From Alkalimonas sp. (GTDB lineage Bacteria; Pseudomonadota; Gammaproteobacteria; Enterobacterales; Alteromonadaceae): DNA of 64,000 nucleotides. Shown piece by piece: positions 35,390 to 45,247 of the stretch; positions within the stretch are counted from its first letter, which is position 1, and each line of letters begins with the position of its first letter. Under the pieces are notes generated by a model. It had not been told where the DNA came from. It saw only the letters and a program-made list of their open reading frames with translations, and made no database searches. Location of the stretch: assembly GCF_020831925.1 (NCBI RefSeq), contig NZ_JAFIFQ010000005.1:30541-94540 (forward strand), written 5' to 3'. Both the position numbers and the translations under genes were made by a program.

Positions 35390-37750
35390 ATGACCATTAA
35401 AGATCCATTCCTTGCCCGTGAGCAGGAAAAGTACGACAACCCGATCCCAAGCCGTGAGTTTATTCTTGAGCACATCGAAAAGCGGCAACAACCTGCCTAT
35501 TTTGAGGAATTGGTTGCCGAGTTAAAGCTGACCGATGACGATGCTATTTTCGCCTTAAAAAAGCGGCTGCGTGCTATGGAGCGCGATGGCCAGTTAATTT
35601 TTACCAAGAACCGGCGTTACGGTCTGGTCGATCGAATGGACTTGAAGCAGGGCCGGGTGATTGGTCACCGCGATGGCTTTGGTTTTTTAAAGCTGGATGA
35701 AGGCGGGCCGGATTGGTTTATTCCAAACCATGAGATGCAGCGGTTGCTGCATGGCGACAGAGTACTGGCCACCTTGACAGAAAGCAGCCGCGGCCGCCAA
35801 AAAACGGAAGCACGTATTGTACGGGTATTGGAACCACGCACTGAAGCGGTCGTCGGACGCTATTACCGTGATTATGCTCTGGCTGTGGTAGTGCCGGATG
35901 ATCCGCGCATTGGTCAGGATATTGTGGTACCTGAAGGTGCCCAGGGCGAAGCGCGCCATGGCCAGGTGGTGCTGGTTGAGATTACCGAGCGGCCGACCAA
36001 ACGGGTGAATGCCGTTGGCCGGGTGTTGGAAGTGCTGGGTGAACATATGGCACCTGGCATGGAAATCGAAGTTGCGATTCGTAACCATCAAATCCCGCAC
36101 CAATTCCCAGAGGCGGTGAGCAAACAAGTCAGCCACTATGGTGAAGAGGTTGCCGCGGGCGATAAAGCCGACCGGGTCGATTTAACCGCCATGCCTTTTG
36201 TCACCATCGATGGTGAAGATGCCCGTGACTTTGACGATGCTGTTTATGCCGAGCCGCGTGATGATGGCGGCTGGCGTCTTTGGGTGGCTATTGCTGATGT
36301 CAGCAGCTATGTGCAGGTGGATACGCCACTGGATCAGGAAGCCTTATTACGCGGCACCTCGGTGTACTTCCCGGATCAGGTGGTGCCTATGTTACCAGAA
36401 GCACTGTCCAATGGGCTTTGCTCACTTAACCCGCATGTGGACCGGCTTTGCCTGGTGGCCGAGATGGACATCGGTGCCAATGGCAAATTGATGAATTACC
36501 GCTTTTTTGAAGCGGTGATGAACTCGAAAGCCCGCCTGACCTACAGCAAGGTGCATGCGATCTTGCAGGGCGATCTTGCTTTGCGTCAGCAGTACCAAGC
36601 CAATCTTACGGCACTGGAAACCTTGTACAGCCTGTACCGGCGGCTGGCGAAAACCCGAGCGCAGCGTGGCGCCATTGAATTTGAGACGGTGGAAACTCGC
36701 TTTATCTTTAACAGCCATCGTAAAATTGAACAGATTGTGCCGGTGCACCGCAATGATGCGCACAAGTTGATCGAAGAGTGTATGATCATGGCCAATGTGG
36801 CGGCGGCCCGCTTCCTCGAGAAGCACAAAACGCCTGCGCTGTATCGGGTGCATGAGCAACCGGACCCGGATCGCTTTGCCAACTTCCGCCGTTTCCTGGC
36901 CGAGCTTGGTATTGAAACCACCTTGCCGGATGAGCCCGAGCCGCTGCAACTGGTGCAGGAGTTGGCTAAGTTGGCCGACCGACCGGATCGCGAGCTGATT
37001 GAAACTACCTTACTACGCTCGATGAAGCAGGCGGTCTATCAGGGCGATAACCAGGGGCACTTTGGTCTGGCGCTGCCGGCTTATGCCCACTTTACCTCCC
37101 CGATCCGGCGCTATCCGGATTTGGTGGTGCACCGCAGTATTAAGTCGATTTTGCAGCAGCAAGGTCAGCACACCAAAGGTGCTCACCGATACAGCCCGGA
37201 GCAAGTGGAGCAACTCGGTGAGCACTGCTCAATGACCGAACGCCGGGCCGATGATGCTACCCGTGAAGTATCGGACTGGCTGAAATGCGAGTACATGCAG
37301 GATCATCTGGGCATGGAGTTCGATGGAGTGGTCTCTACCGTCACCAGCTTTGGCCTTTTTATCCGGTTAACCGAGCTGTACATCGAAGGGTTGGTGCATG
37401 TGACCTCACTGAAAAACGATTACTACCACTTCGATGCCGAGCGCCAGATATTGATGGGTGAACATTCCCGTCAGGGCTACCGGCTTGGCGATCTGGTCAA
37501 GGTCAAGGTGATGGCGGTCAATTTAGAAAGTCGCACCATCGATCTTGCACTGGAAGAAAGCGGTACACCACGCCGCAGTAAGAGCAAAGTCAAAGATCCG
37601 GCTCAGCCATTGCCTGGTAAGGTGGTGGTGAAGAGCGCGAAAAAGCCAGCTGGCAGCAGGCGCAAAGCGGTCGCAGCCAAACCGGCAGCCAAAGGCCGGC
37701 CGGGTAAGCCAGCCGGCAAAGGTAAGCCGAAGGCTAAGAAAAAAAGTTAA
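35390..37750 (+). CDS. rnr: Ribonuclease R
   Basis: Cold-shock domains, DARDFDDA, HFTSPIRRYPD, S1 domain, Lys-rich tail. Confidence 0.97.
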   Translation: MTIKDPFLAREQEKYDNPIPSREFILEHIEKRQQPAYFEELVAELKLTDDDAIFALKKRLRAMERDGQLIFTKNRRYGLVDRMDLKQGRVIGHRDGFGFLKLDEGGPDWFIPNHEMQRLLHGDRVLATLTESSRGRQKTEARIVRVLEPRTEAVVGRYYRDYALAVVVPDDPRIGQDIVVPEGAQGEARHGQVVLVEITERPTKRVNAVGRVLEVLGEHMAPGMEIEVAIRNHQIPHQFPEAVSKQVSHYGEEVAAGDKADRVDLTAMPFVTIDGEDARDFDDAVYAEPRDDGGWRLWVAIADVSSYVQVDTPLDQEALLRGTSVYFPDQVVPMLPEALSNGLCSLNPHVDRLCLVAEMDIGANGKLMNYRFFEAVMNSKARLTYSKVHAILQGDLALRQQYQANLTALETLYSLYRRLAKTRAQRGAIEFETVETRFIFNSHRKIEQIVPVHRNDAHKLIEECMIMANVAAARFLEKHKTPALYRVHEQPDPDRFANFRRFLAELGIETTLPDEPEPLQLVQELAKLADRPDRELIETTLLRSMKQAVYQGDNQGHFGLALPAYAHFTSPIRRYPDLVVHRSIKSILQQQGQHTKGAHRYSPEQVEQLGEHCSMTERRADDATREVSDWLKCEYMQDHLGMEFDGVVSTVTSFGLFIRLTELYIEGLVHVTSLKNDYYHFDAERQILMGEHSRQGYRLGDLVKVKVMAVNLESRTIDLALEESGTPRRSKSKVKDPAQPLPGKVVVKSAKKPAGSRRKAVAAKPAAKGRPGKPAGKGKPKAKKKS

Positions 37751-38334
37751 GGCTGACGGCGGAACAAACGATAGGCCAGCTGGCCGGCGATTTTTTCCCG
37801 GTACAGCTGCCAGCTGGCTGGTAACGCCTGCAAGGGTAGCTCTTTCTCGGTTTCCAGATAGATCCAGGCCTCGACACTGAGCCACCCGTGTTGTTCCAGC
37901 AATTGGCAGCATGGCTCGGCCAGTTGCTGACGAAATGGTGGGTCGATAAACACCAGATCAAAGGGTTGGCTGCAGCCTTGTTGCAAATAGTGCAGGCTAT
38001 CGGTTTGTTGCACCTCGGCGTTGGCACCGAGGCTTTGGCACAGACTCTGTAGCTGCTGAGCTTGCTGCCGGTCTTTTTCCAGCAGCAACGCAAAGCTGGC
38101 CTCACGGGATAAGGCTTCCAGCGCCAGAGCGCCGCTGCCGGCAAAGCAATCCAGTACCCGTTGCTCCGCAACTTCCTGCATTAGCCAATTAAACAGAGTT
38201 TCCCGCACCCGATCGGTGGTGGGTCTAAGCCCTTCGGCATCGGCGACCGGAATTTTCCGGCCCCGCCAGCGGCCGCTGATGATCCGGATTTGCCCCGGGC
38301 TGGCTGGTTTTTTTGCTGCAGCTGGTCGTCTCAT
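37747..38334 (-). CDS. rsmD: 16S rRNA m2G966 methyltransferase
   Basis: LRPTTDRVRETLFNWL, FAGSGALALEA, DPPF. Confidence 0.96.
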   Translation of the reverse strand: MRRPAAAKKPASPGQIRIISGRWRGRKIPVADAEGLRPTTDRVRETLFNWLMQEVAEQRVLDCFAGSGALALEALSREASFALLLEKDRQQAQQLQSLCQSLGANAEVQQTDSLHYLQQGCSQPFDLVFIDPPFRQQLAEPCCQLLEQHGWLSVEAWIYLETEKELPLQALPASWQLYREKIAGQLAYRLFRRQP

Positions 38335-38413
38335 CTAATGGTTTATGCCTGTCAGTGAAGATGCTAGTATAACCACCAATTTTACCCGATCTGAAGTGCA
38401 CTGACACCGACTT

Positions 38414-39613
38414 ATGAGCAAAGAATCCAAACTCTTCTCCTGGCTTGGTTTTGGCAAGAAAGCGCCAAAGCCCGACAGCACTGAACCAGCAGAGATCACT
38501 GAGGCTGCAGACAGCCCTGAGCGAGTCGACAACCCTGAGCCAGTCGACAAAACGCCAGAGCCAATGACAAGCTCAGAGACTGAGGAAAAAGCCGAACCAG
38601 TAACTAGTTCTGAAAATGAGTCTGCACCAAAGTCTGCAGCTGATTATGCACCGCAGTCTATGAGTAAGCCTGAGCCGGTCCAGGCCAATAAGCCAGGCCT
38701 GTTGGCCCGCTTGCGGCAAGGGCTGAGCAAAACCAGTCAGAACCTGGGGGCGGGCCTGGCCAGTTTATTTTCCGGCAGGAAAATAGACGATGAATTGTAC
38801 GAAGAGCTGGAAACTCAGTTGCTGCTGGCTGATGTGGGGGTGGAAACCACCCAGAAACTCATCAGCCAGCTGACCCAGCATGCCGATCGTAAAGCCTTAA
38901 AAGATGCCGACTTGCTGTATCAAAAGCTGCAGCAGGATATGGCAACTTTGCTGCAGGATGTCGAACAGCCGTTGGTGCCAGAGTGCCGTGAAGGTCCCTT
39001 CGTGATCCTGATGGTTGGTGTCAACGGGGTTGGTAAAACCACCACCATAGGCAAGATGGCGCAGCAGTTTAAGCAGCAGGGCAAAACCGTCATGCTGGCC
39101 GCCGGTGATACCTTTCGTGCGGCGGCAGTCGAGCAATTGCAGGTTTGGGGCGAGCGTAACCAGATCCCGGTGGTGGCGCAGCATACCGGCGCTGACAGCG
39201 CCTCGGTGATTTTTGATGCTTATCAGGCAGCCAGAGCGCGTAAAGCCGATGTGCTGATCGCCGATACCGCTGGTCGACTGCAAAACAAAGCCCACTTAAT
39301 GGAAGAACTAAAGAAAATTGTCCGGGTGCTGCAAAAAATTCAGCCGGATGCCCCGCACGAAGTGATGTTGACGCTGGATGCCGGCACCGGGCAGAATGCA
39401 CTTAGTCAGGCGCGCATTTTTAATCAGGCGGTGCCCTTAACCGGCATCAGCCTGACCAAGCTAGACGGTACCGCCAAAGGCGGGGTGATTTTTGCTATTG
39501 CCGATCAGTTTAAGGTCCCTATCCGTTACATTGGGGTTGGTGAAGGGATCGATGACCTGCGTACCTTTCACAGCACCGACTTTATCCAGGCACTGTTTAA
39601 CAAGGACTCCTGA
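38414..39613 (+). CDS. ftsY: SRP receptor FtsY
   Basis: GVNGVGKTT, DTAGR, TKLD; short acidic/Pro-rich N-terminus. Confidence 0.97.
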   Translation: MSKESKLFSWLGFGKKAPKPDSTEPAEITEAADSPERVDNPEPVDKTPEPMTSSETEEKAEPVTSSENESAPKSAADYAPQSMSKPEPVQANKPGLLARLRQGLSKTSQNLGAGLASLFSGRKIDDELYEELETQLLLADVGVETTQKLISQLTQHADRKALKDADLLYQKLQQDMATLLQDVEQPLVPECREGPFVILMVGVNGVGKTTTIGKMAQQFKQQGKTVMLAAGDTFRAAAVEQLQVWGERNQIPVVAQHTGADSASVIFDAYQAARARKADVLIADTAGRLQNKAHLMEELKKIVRVLQKIQPDAPHEVMLTLDAGTGQNALSQARIFNQAVPLTGISLTKLDGTAKGGVIFAIADQFKVPIRYIGVGEGIDDLRTFHSTDFIQALFNKDS

Positions 39614-39615
39614 TT

Positions 39616-40299
39616 ATGCTGACGTTCGATCAGGTCAGTAAAAGTTATCCCGGTGGCTTTATCGCGCTGGATCGTATCAGTTTCGAGCTGGCCAAAGGTG
39701 AGATGGCGTTTTTAACCGGTCACTCAGGTGCCGGTAAAAGCACCTTGCTGAAACTTATCAGCCTGATCGAGCGCCCTACCAGTGGCCGGGTATTGATCAA
39801 CAACGTCGATTTAAAGCGGATTCGCCGCTCCCAGGTACCCTATATCCGGCGTGATATTGGCATTATTTTCCAGAATCACCGTCTGCTGATGGAGCATACT
39901 GTGTTCGATAATGTGGCACTACCTTTGGTGATAGAAGGCTTTACCGGCAAAGAGATGGTCAAGCGGGTGCATGCGGCGCTGGATAAAGTCGGTTTGCTGG
40001 ATAAAGTACGCTGTCTGCCGGAAACCCTATCCGGTGGAGAACAGCAGCGAGTAGGCATTGCCCGCGCTGTGGTAAATAAGCCACCTTTGCTGCTGGCCGA
40101 TGAGCCGACCGGTAACCTTGACCCCGAGTTGTCGAAAGACATTATGCGGGTATTTGAAGCCTTTAATCAGGTCGGTGTGTCGGTACTGATTGCCACCCAC
40201 GATCACAGCCTGGTAGCGCGGATGCGGTACCGTACCCTGACGTTAAAACAGGGCAAAATGATCAACGATGGCTTATTGCAATACGAGGAGCCACTGTGA
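39616..40299 (+). CDS. ftsE: Cell division ABC ATPase FtsE
   Basis: [23 protein letters not shown]. Confidence 0.97.
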   Translation: MLTFDQVSKSYPGGFIALDRISFELAKGEMAFLTGHSGAGKSTLLKLISLIERPTSGRVLINNVDLKRIRRSQVPYIRRDIGIIFQNHRLLMEHTVFDNVALPLVIEGFTGKEMVKRVHAALDKVGLLDKVRCLPETLSGGEQQRVGIARAVVNKPPLLLADEPTGNLDPELSKDIMRVFEAFNQVGVSVLIATHDHSLVARMRYRTLTLKQGKMINDGLLQYEEPL

Positions 40300-41276
40300 G
40301 TATTCTGTTTTCCGGTCGGGCGGCTGGTGCCAGCAGCAGACAGATCCATCCATTGCAGCGCTGGTTGATGTTTTGGGTGCAGCACCTGCGTCAGTGCATT
40401 GGCAGCCTGGGTGAGCTGTGGCGCACACCGCTGGCGTCCTTGATGACCATAGCGGTGCTTGGTGTCAGCCTGACCCTGCCAACGACGCTGCATTTGCTGG
40501 TTAAAAACGTGCAAAGTATCAGTGGTAGCTTTACTCAAGCCGCCGAGATCAGCTTTTTTATCAAAGATGACGCCACCGATACCCAAATCAGTACGCTGGT
40601 CACCATGCTGAGTGCTGATCCGGATATCGAGCAGGTGCGTTTTATTTCTAAAAGCGATGCTATGGCAGAGTTTCAGCAAGTATCGGGTTTTGGTCAGGCA
40701 TTGCAGCTGCTGGACGATAACCCCTTGCCCCATGTGATCCTGGTGTTACCGCGTCATACCCAGCCTCAGGCGGCGGAGCAACTACGCCGTCGTATTGAGC
40801 AAGAGCGGATTGTTGATTTTGGTAAACTGGATATTGCCTGGCTGGAACGACTGGATGCCATCTTGCTGTTGATGCGCCAGGCGGTGCTGGCTATTGCCTT
40901 GTTGCTGTTAACTGCAGTACTACTGATTATCGGCAATACTATTCGCTTGTCCATTATCAATAAGAAAGAAGAAATTGAAGTGATGAAGCTGGTCGGGGCC
41001 ACCGATGCTTTTATCCAGCGACCTTTTTTGTACACCGGCGTCTGGTTTGGCGTTTTTGGTGGTTTGCTGGCCTTTCTGGTGGTGGAGTTGATGGTGTGGT
41101 GGTTGGAAGGAGCTATCGGTCAGATCACCGATTTATACCAGAGTCATTTCACCCTGATGACGATGAGCTTTAGTGAGTTTCTGGCGTTGTTGTTGCTTTC
41201 AGTTCTGCTTGGACTGGCCGGCTCTTACATTTCTGTCAGTCGCCATATTCGTGCCATTGAGCCAAGTGGCCCCTGA
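40296..41276 (+). CDS. ftsX: Cell division permease FtsX
   Basis: Four TM segments, NPLP, GNTIRL, MKLVGAT. Confidence 0.96.
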   Translation: MSILFSGRAAGASSRQIHPLQRWLMFWVQHLRQCIGSLGELWRTPLASLMTIAVLGVSLTLPTTLHLLVKNVQSISGSFTQAAEISFFIKDDATDTQISTLVTMLSADPDIEQVRFISKSDAMAEFQQVSGFGQALQLLDDNPLPHVILVLPRHTQPQAAEQLRRRIEQERIVDFGKLDIAWLERLDAILLLMRQAVLAIALLLLTAVLLIIGNTIRLSIINKKEEIEVMKLVGATDAFIQRPFLYTGVWFGVFGGLLAFLVVELMVWWLEGAIGQITDLYQSHFTLMTMSFSEFLALLLLSVLLGLAGSYISVSRHIRAIEPSGP

Positions 41277-41293
41277 CACTCTGGGGTGCACAG

Positions 41294-42502
41294 CTACAGC
41301 TGCAGCTGTTCTGCCCAGTCAATGGCATCCAGGTAGAGCGAGCGGATGTCGGTTTGGCCAGGAATGAGCTTGCTGCTGGCTTGTTCACACAGCTGCCAAT
41401 TGGCTTGTTCATAATCTAGGATCAATTTCAGTGGCTTACTTAGCGGCCCTTGCTGCTGCAGTAAAGCCACCTTGATACTTGACTCCAGTGGCAGCTGCGA
41501 CAGTACCTGATCCAGTGGCTGCTCCAGCAAGGCATCAATCAAAGACAGCATGCCGGTTAAAAAAGCACTGGATTGCAGTTCAGTCTGGCCAGCTGCCTTG
41601 GTCACCAGATCGCAAAAGCGGGCCCGGATAATGGATAACTTGAGTAGTTCAGGTTGTTTATTTTCTGCCAGGTTGGACAGCGCAACCAGAGCGATAAACT
41701 TTTTCAGCTCGACTTCACCCATAAACACCATGGCATGTTTTAGCGACTGAATAGGGTTAGGGCGGGCGTAATAGGCGCTGTTGATAAAGCGCAGCAGCTT
41801 GTAGGATAACCCCAGATCTCGCTCCATAACCTGCACCAGCTTATCAAAATCCAGCTCCGGCTCGGCCGCTTCGGCAATCAGGGACAACAGGTGTATCTGG
41901 TGATGGCCAAGGCGTTTATGCTTGAGCATTTCGGGCCGGGCAAAGAAGTAGCCCTGAAAGTAATCAAACCCCAGCTGCTGCAGCTGCTGAAATTCGGCCA
42001 TGGTTTCAACTTTCTCGGCCAACAGCTTGCCATGAAAGTCTTTTAGCTCAGCCAGTTTCTCTGCCAGGCCCGACAGTGGGTTTTGTTGGATGTCAATTTT
42101 CAGGTAGCTGATGTAGGGCATCAGCCGCTGCCACTGCGAATGAAAAGTGAAATCGTCCAATGCGAGCTGATAGCCCTGTTCATGCAGTTCACGGCAGGCG
42201 GTGAGCAGCTCGCTGCTAAAGTGCACCGACTCCAGAATTTCAATCACGGTTTTGCTTGGATCGAGTGCGGTAGGAAATTGATACAGCAGGCTGTCTTCAG
42301 CGAAGTTTATAAAGGCCAGTTTATCGCCGGTAATGCGCTCCAGGCCAAACAGCAGATGTTGTTCAGAAAGTAGCCGACTGGTCGCTTCATCCGGATCAAT
42401 ATCCGGAAAGCGGTTTTGTGCACTATCCCGGAAGAGCAGCTCATAGCCAAGCAGCTGCTGCTCTTTGTCAAAAATGGGTTGGCGCGCCACAAAACCGTAC
42501 AT
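41294..42502 (-). CDS. EAL-HDOD domain protein (YuxH/CdgJ-like)
   Basis: VARQPIFD, GYELLFR, ALDDF, AEKVET, QGYFFARP, then helical HDOD (LSYKLLRFINSA). Confidence 0.88.
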   Translation of the reverse strand: MYGFVARQPIFDKEQQLLGYELLFRDSAQNRFPDIDPDEATSRLLSEQHLLFGLERITGDKLAFINFAEDSLLYQFPTALDPSKTVIEILESVHFSSELLTACRELHEQGYQLALDDFTFHSQWQRLMPYISYLKIDIQQNPLSGLAEKLAELKDFHGKLLAEKVETMAEFQQLQQLGFDYFQGYFFARPEMLKHKRLGHHQIHLLSLIAEAAEPELDFDKLVQVMERDLGLSYKLLRFINSAYYARPNPIQSLKHAMVFMGEVELKKFIALVALSNLAENKQPELLKLSIIRARFCDLVTKAAGQTELQSSAFLTGMLSLIDALLEQPLDQVLSQLPLESSIKVALLQQQGPLSKPLKLILDYEQANWQLCEQASSKLIPGQTDIRSLYLDAIDWAEQLQL

Positions 42503-42623
42503 GAAATGGGTTCCTTTTGCTTGCTCAGCTCAGTGTAAAGCAATTTCTTCGTGCCGTATATTACTGATGGCTATGAAGATAGCGGCCTTAGAAAAATTAA
42601 TTCTGGCAAAGCTGAAACTAAAA

Positions 42624-42650
42624 TTAGCACTCTCCGTCAAAGAGTGCTAA
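42624..42650. promoter_or_regulatory. CIRCE operator (HrcA binding site) upstream of rpoH
   Basis: TTAGCACTC-tccgtcaaa-GAGTGCTAA: 18/18 match to consensus with exact 9-nt spacer. Confidence 0.93.
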
Positions 42651-42685
42651 GATACTTTTCAATTTGAGATGGATGGAAGCCCAGC

Positions 42686-43537
42686 ATGACAAAATCATCT
42701 GAACTTATGACCCTGACCTTAGGCGCCAGCAGTAGCTTTGAAGCATATACCCAGACGGTTAGCTCCATTCCGATGTTAAGCGCGGAAGAAGAGAAAGGCT
42801 TAGCTGAGCGTCTGCATCAGCATGGCGATTTAGCAGCCGCCCGTCAGCTTATCATGTCGCATTTACGCTTTGTGGTGCACATTGCCCGCAGTTATTCAGG
42901 TTATGGTTTGCCAGTCAGCGACTTGGTGCAAGAGGGCAATATCGGCCTGATGAAAGCCGTTAAACGTTTTGACCCTTCCGTTGGAGTTCGCCTGGTTTCT
43001 TTTGCCGTGCACTGGATCAAAGCCGAAATTCATGAGTACGTGTTGAAGAATTGGCGCATTGTGAAAATTGCCACCACCAAAGCCCAGCGCAAACTGTTCT
43101 TTAACCTGCGTAAATCGAAAAAACATCTGGGCTGGTTTAGCCAGGATGAAGTCAAGCATGTTGCCGAGTCACTCGGTGTAGCCGAGCATGAAGTGCGCGA
43201 GATGGAATCTCGTATGAGCAACTACGACATGCCATTCGATGCACCCGAAGGTGATGACGACCAGGCTTACACAGCACCGGCTTATTACCTGGAAGATAAA
43301 AGCTCGGATCTGGCCAGCCAGGTGCAGGACCAGCAATCCGGTGATATGGCGCATGACCAACTGCACGCAGCCTTGCGTACCTTGGACGAGCGTAGCCAAG
43401 ATATTATCCAAGCCCGTTGGTTGGCACAAAGCAAGATGACCTTGCAGGAACTGGCCGAGCGTTATCAAGTCTCTGCCGAGCGGGTACGCCAGCTGGAAAA
43501 AAATGCCATGAAAAAGCTGCAAGCTGCGATGAGCTAA
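42686..43537 (+). CDS. rpoH: Heat-shock sigma factor sigma32
   Basis: [14 protein letters not shown] and RpoH box QRKLFFNLR. Confidence 0.98.
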   Translation: MTKSSELMTLTLGASSSFEAYTQTVSSIPMLSAEEEKGLAERLHQHGDLAAARQLIMSHLRFVVHIARSYSGYGLPVSDLVQEGNIGLMKAVKRFDPSVGVRLVSFAVHWIKAEIHEYVLKNWRIVKIATTKAQRKLFFNLRKSKKHLGWFSQDEVKHVAESLGVAEHEVREMESRMSNYDMPFDAPEGDDDQAYTAPAYYLEDKSSDLASQVQDQQSGDMAHDQLHAALRTLDERSQDIIQARWLAQSKMTLQELAERYQVSAERVRQLEKNAMKKLQAAMS

Positions 43538-43539
43538 GC

Positions 43540-43595
43540 AACCTTGGTCCATAAAAAAACCACCGCTTGCGGTGGTTTTTTTATGGACCAAGGTT
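43540..43595. terminator. rpoH terminator within a 27-bp perfect inverted repeat
   Basis: AACCTTGGTCCATAAAAAAACCACCGC-tt-GCGGTGGTTTTTTTATGGACCAAGGTT. Confidence 0.85.
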
Positions 43596-43761
43596 AACCT
43601 GGTTTGCTTCTAAATCCGAGGTGGCAAGCCGGCTTTGCTTTGCCTCATAACCAGGGTGGGTTAAAAATTTGTTGATTGAATGTGGGTTGTTGGCTAGATT
43701 GAACCCAGCAAAAACGCGCCATAGGGTGCAAACTGGCCGCATTATTCGGGGGCGATAGCCT

Positions 43762-44754
43762 ATGAAAGCAATGGTATATGAACGATATGGGCCGCCCGAG
43801 GTGCTGCTATTGAAGGTGGTTGAAAAGCCCAGCCCTCAGAGCAATGAAGTCCTGATAAGAACCCACGCGACCACAGTCACATCCGGGGACTGCCGGATAC
43901 GCAGTCTTACAATGCCTGTTGGTTTTGGGCTTATCTCGCGTTTGGTATTCGGCATCTCAAAGCCAAGGCAAGCCATATTAGGAACAGAGATCGCCGGTGA
44001 AATTGAAGCCGTTGGCAAAGACGTCAGCAAGTTCAAAGTTGGCGACCAGGTGTTTGCATTAAGCGATATGAGCATGGGCTGTTATGCCGAGTACAAATGC
44101 ATGCCGGAAGATGGGGCTTTGGCATTAAAGCCGTTCAATCTGAGCTACGATGCAGCCGTAGCACTGCCGTTTGGTGGCACGACGGCGTTGGATTTTTTCA
44201 GACGAGGCAAGCTTCAGCGCGGGGAGCGAGTTCTGGTGAATGGTGCTTCCGGCGCCGTAGGCACGGCTGCGGTGCAGCTGGCCAGGCACTTCGGTGCGGA
44301 GGTGACCGGAGTATGCAGTACGGCGAATGCTGAGTTGGTCAGGTCGCTGGGTGCCAGTCATGTCATCGACTATACCAAAGAGGACTTTTGTCGAAATGGC
44401 GAAAGCTATGATGTTATTGTCGATACCGCTGGCACAGCTCCGTACGCACGTTGCAAAGCCTCGTTAAAAGAAGGCGGGCGCCTGCTGATGGTGTTAGGTG
44501 GGCTGCCGGACATGCTGCAGATCCCTTGGGTGTCAATGACGAGCAGCAAGAAAGTTATTGCCGGACCAGCGGCTGTGCGCGCAGAAGATCTGCGTTTTCT
44601 TGCAGAGTTGGCTGTAGCCGAAGCATTCAAACCGGTCATCGATCGGCGCTATCCGTTTGAGCAGATCACCGAGGCGCATCGCTATGTCGACACCGGGCGC
44701 AAGAAAGGAAATGTTATCATCAGGCTGCAGCATGACGATGAAAGCTGGCAGTAA
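43762..44754 (+). CDS. NAD(P)-dependent MDR-family oxidoreductase (quinone-reductase type)
   Basis: YGPPEVL, ILGTEIAGEIEAVG, NGASGAVG, HRYVDTGRKKGNV. Confidence 0.9.
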   Translation: MKAMVYERYGPPEVLLLKVVEKPSPQSNEVLIRTHATTVTSGDCRIRSLTMPVGFGLISRLVFGISKPRQAILGTEIAGEIEAVGKDVSKFKVGDQVFALSDMSMGCYAEYKCMPEDGALALKPFNLSYDAAVALPFGGTTALDFFRRGKLQRGERVLVNGASGAVGTAAVQLARHFGAEVTGVCSTANAELVRSLGASHVIDYTKEDFCRNGESYDVIVDTAGTAPYARCKASLKEGGRLLMVLGGLPDMLQIPWVSMTSSKKVIAGPAAVRAEDLRFLAELAVAEAFKPVIDRRYPFEQITEAHRYVDTGRKKGNVIIRLQHDDESWQ

Positions 44755-44811
44755 GAATGCTTAAGGTAACCATCGGTTGGGCTGCCGTTAAATACAATCT
44801 TTATTTTTCAA

Positions 44812-45228
44812 ATGGAGTTTCGTTTGAGCCGTGTCGATTATACGAAATATAGTTTGTTGGAATTGTATGAAGCGCTTGAAAGCATTGATGCTGCTGCATT
44901 TCCTGAAAATTACGAAAATTTGATGGCTGAGCTCGCAAAGCCGGAACGAAATAATGAACAGACGCTCAGCGAACACAAAGAGAGAAACGAAGCTGAGCTA
45001 ATAATCTTTAAGCGTGTAATTTGGATATTCGTCGCACTGATGATGTTTGTGGCTTCTGCTGTCATGCATATAGAGGGAGTCATTAAAGCAAGAGGTGGGA
45101 GAGTGATTGTTACCTTAGATGACAACCCGATAGGTTTTCACCTGGGTATATTGGCATTTATATGTCTTGGAATTTATTCAATATATATAGGTGTTTTTGG
45201 GGATCTGAAAACAAAAAAACGTATTTAA
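44812..45228 (+). CDS. Hypothetical membrane protein
   Basis: 138 aa, AT-rich, two C-terminal hydrophobic segments. Confidence 0.65.
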   Translation: MEFRLSRVDYTKYSLLELYEALESIDAAAFPENYENLMAELAKPERNNEQTLSEHKERNEAELIIFKRVIWIFVALMMFVASAVMHIEGVIKARGGRVIVTLDDNPIGFHLGILAFICLGIYSIYIGVFGDLKTKKRI

Positions 45229-45247
45229 GAAAATAGGAGCTGCCTTA

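Noticed and set aside
44760-44795. attC-like ends (GTTAAAT at 44787; GCGTTAGGA near 15704) suggesting integron cassettes
   Set aside because: No matching RYYYAAC inverse core at a suitable distance, no repeated attC structure and no intI.
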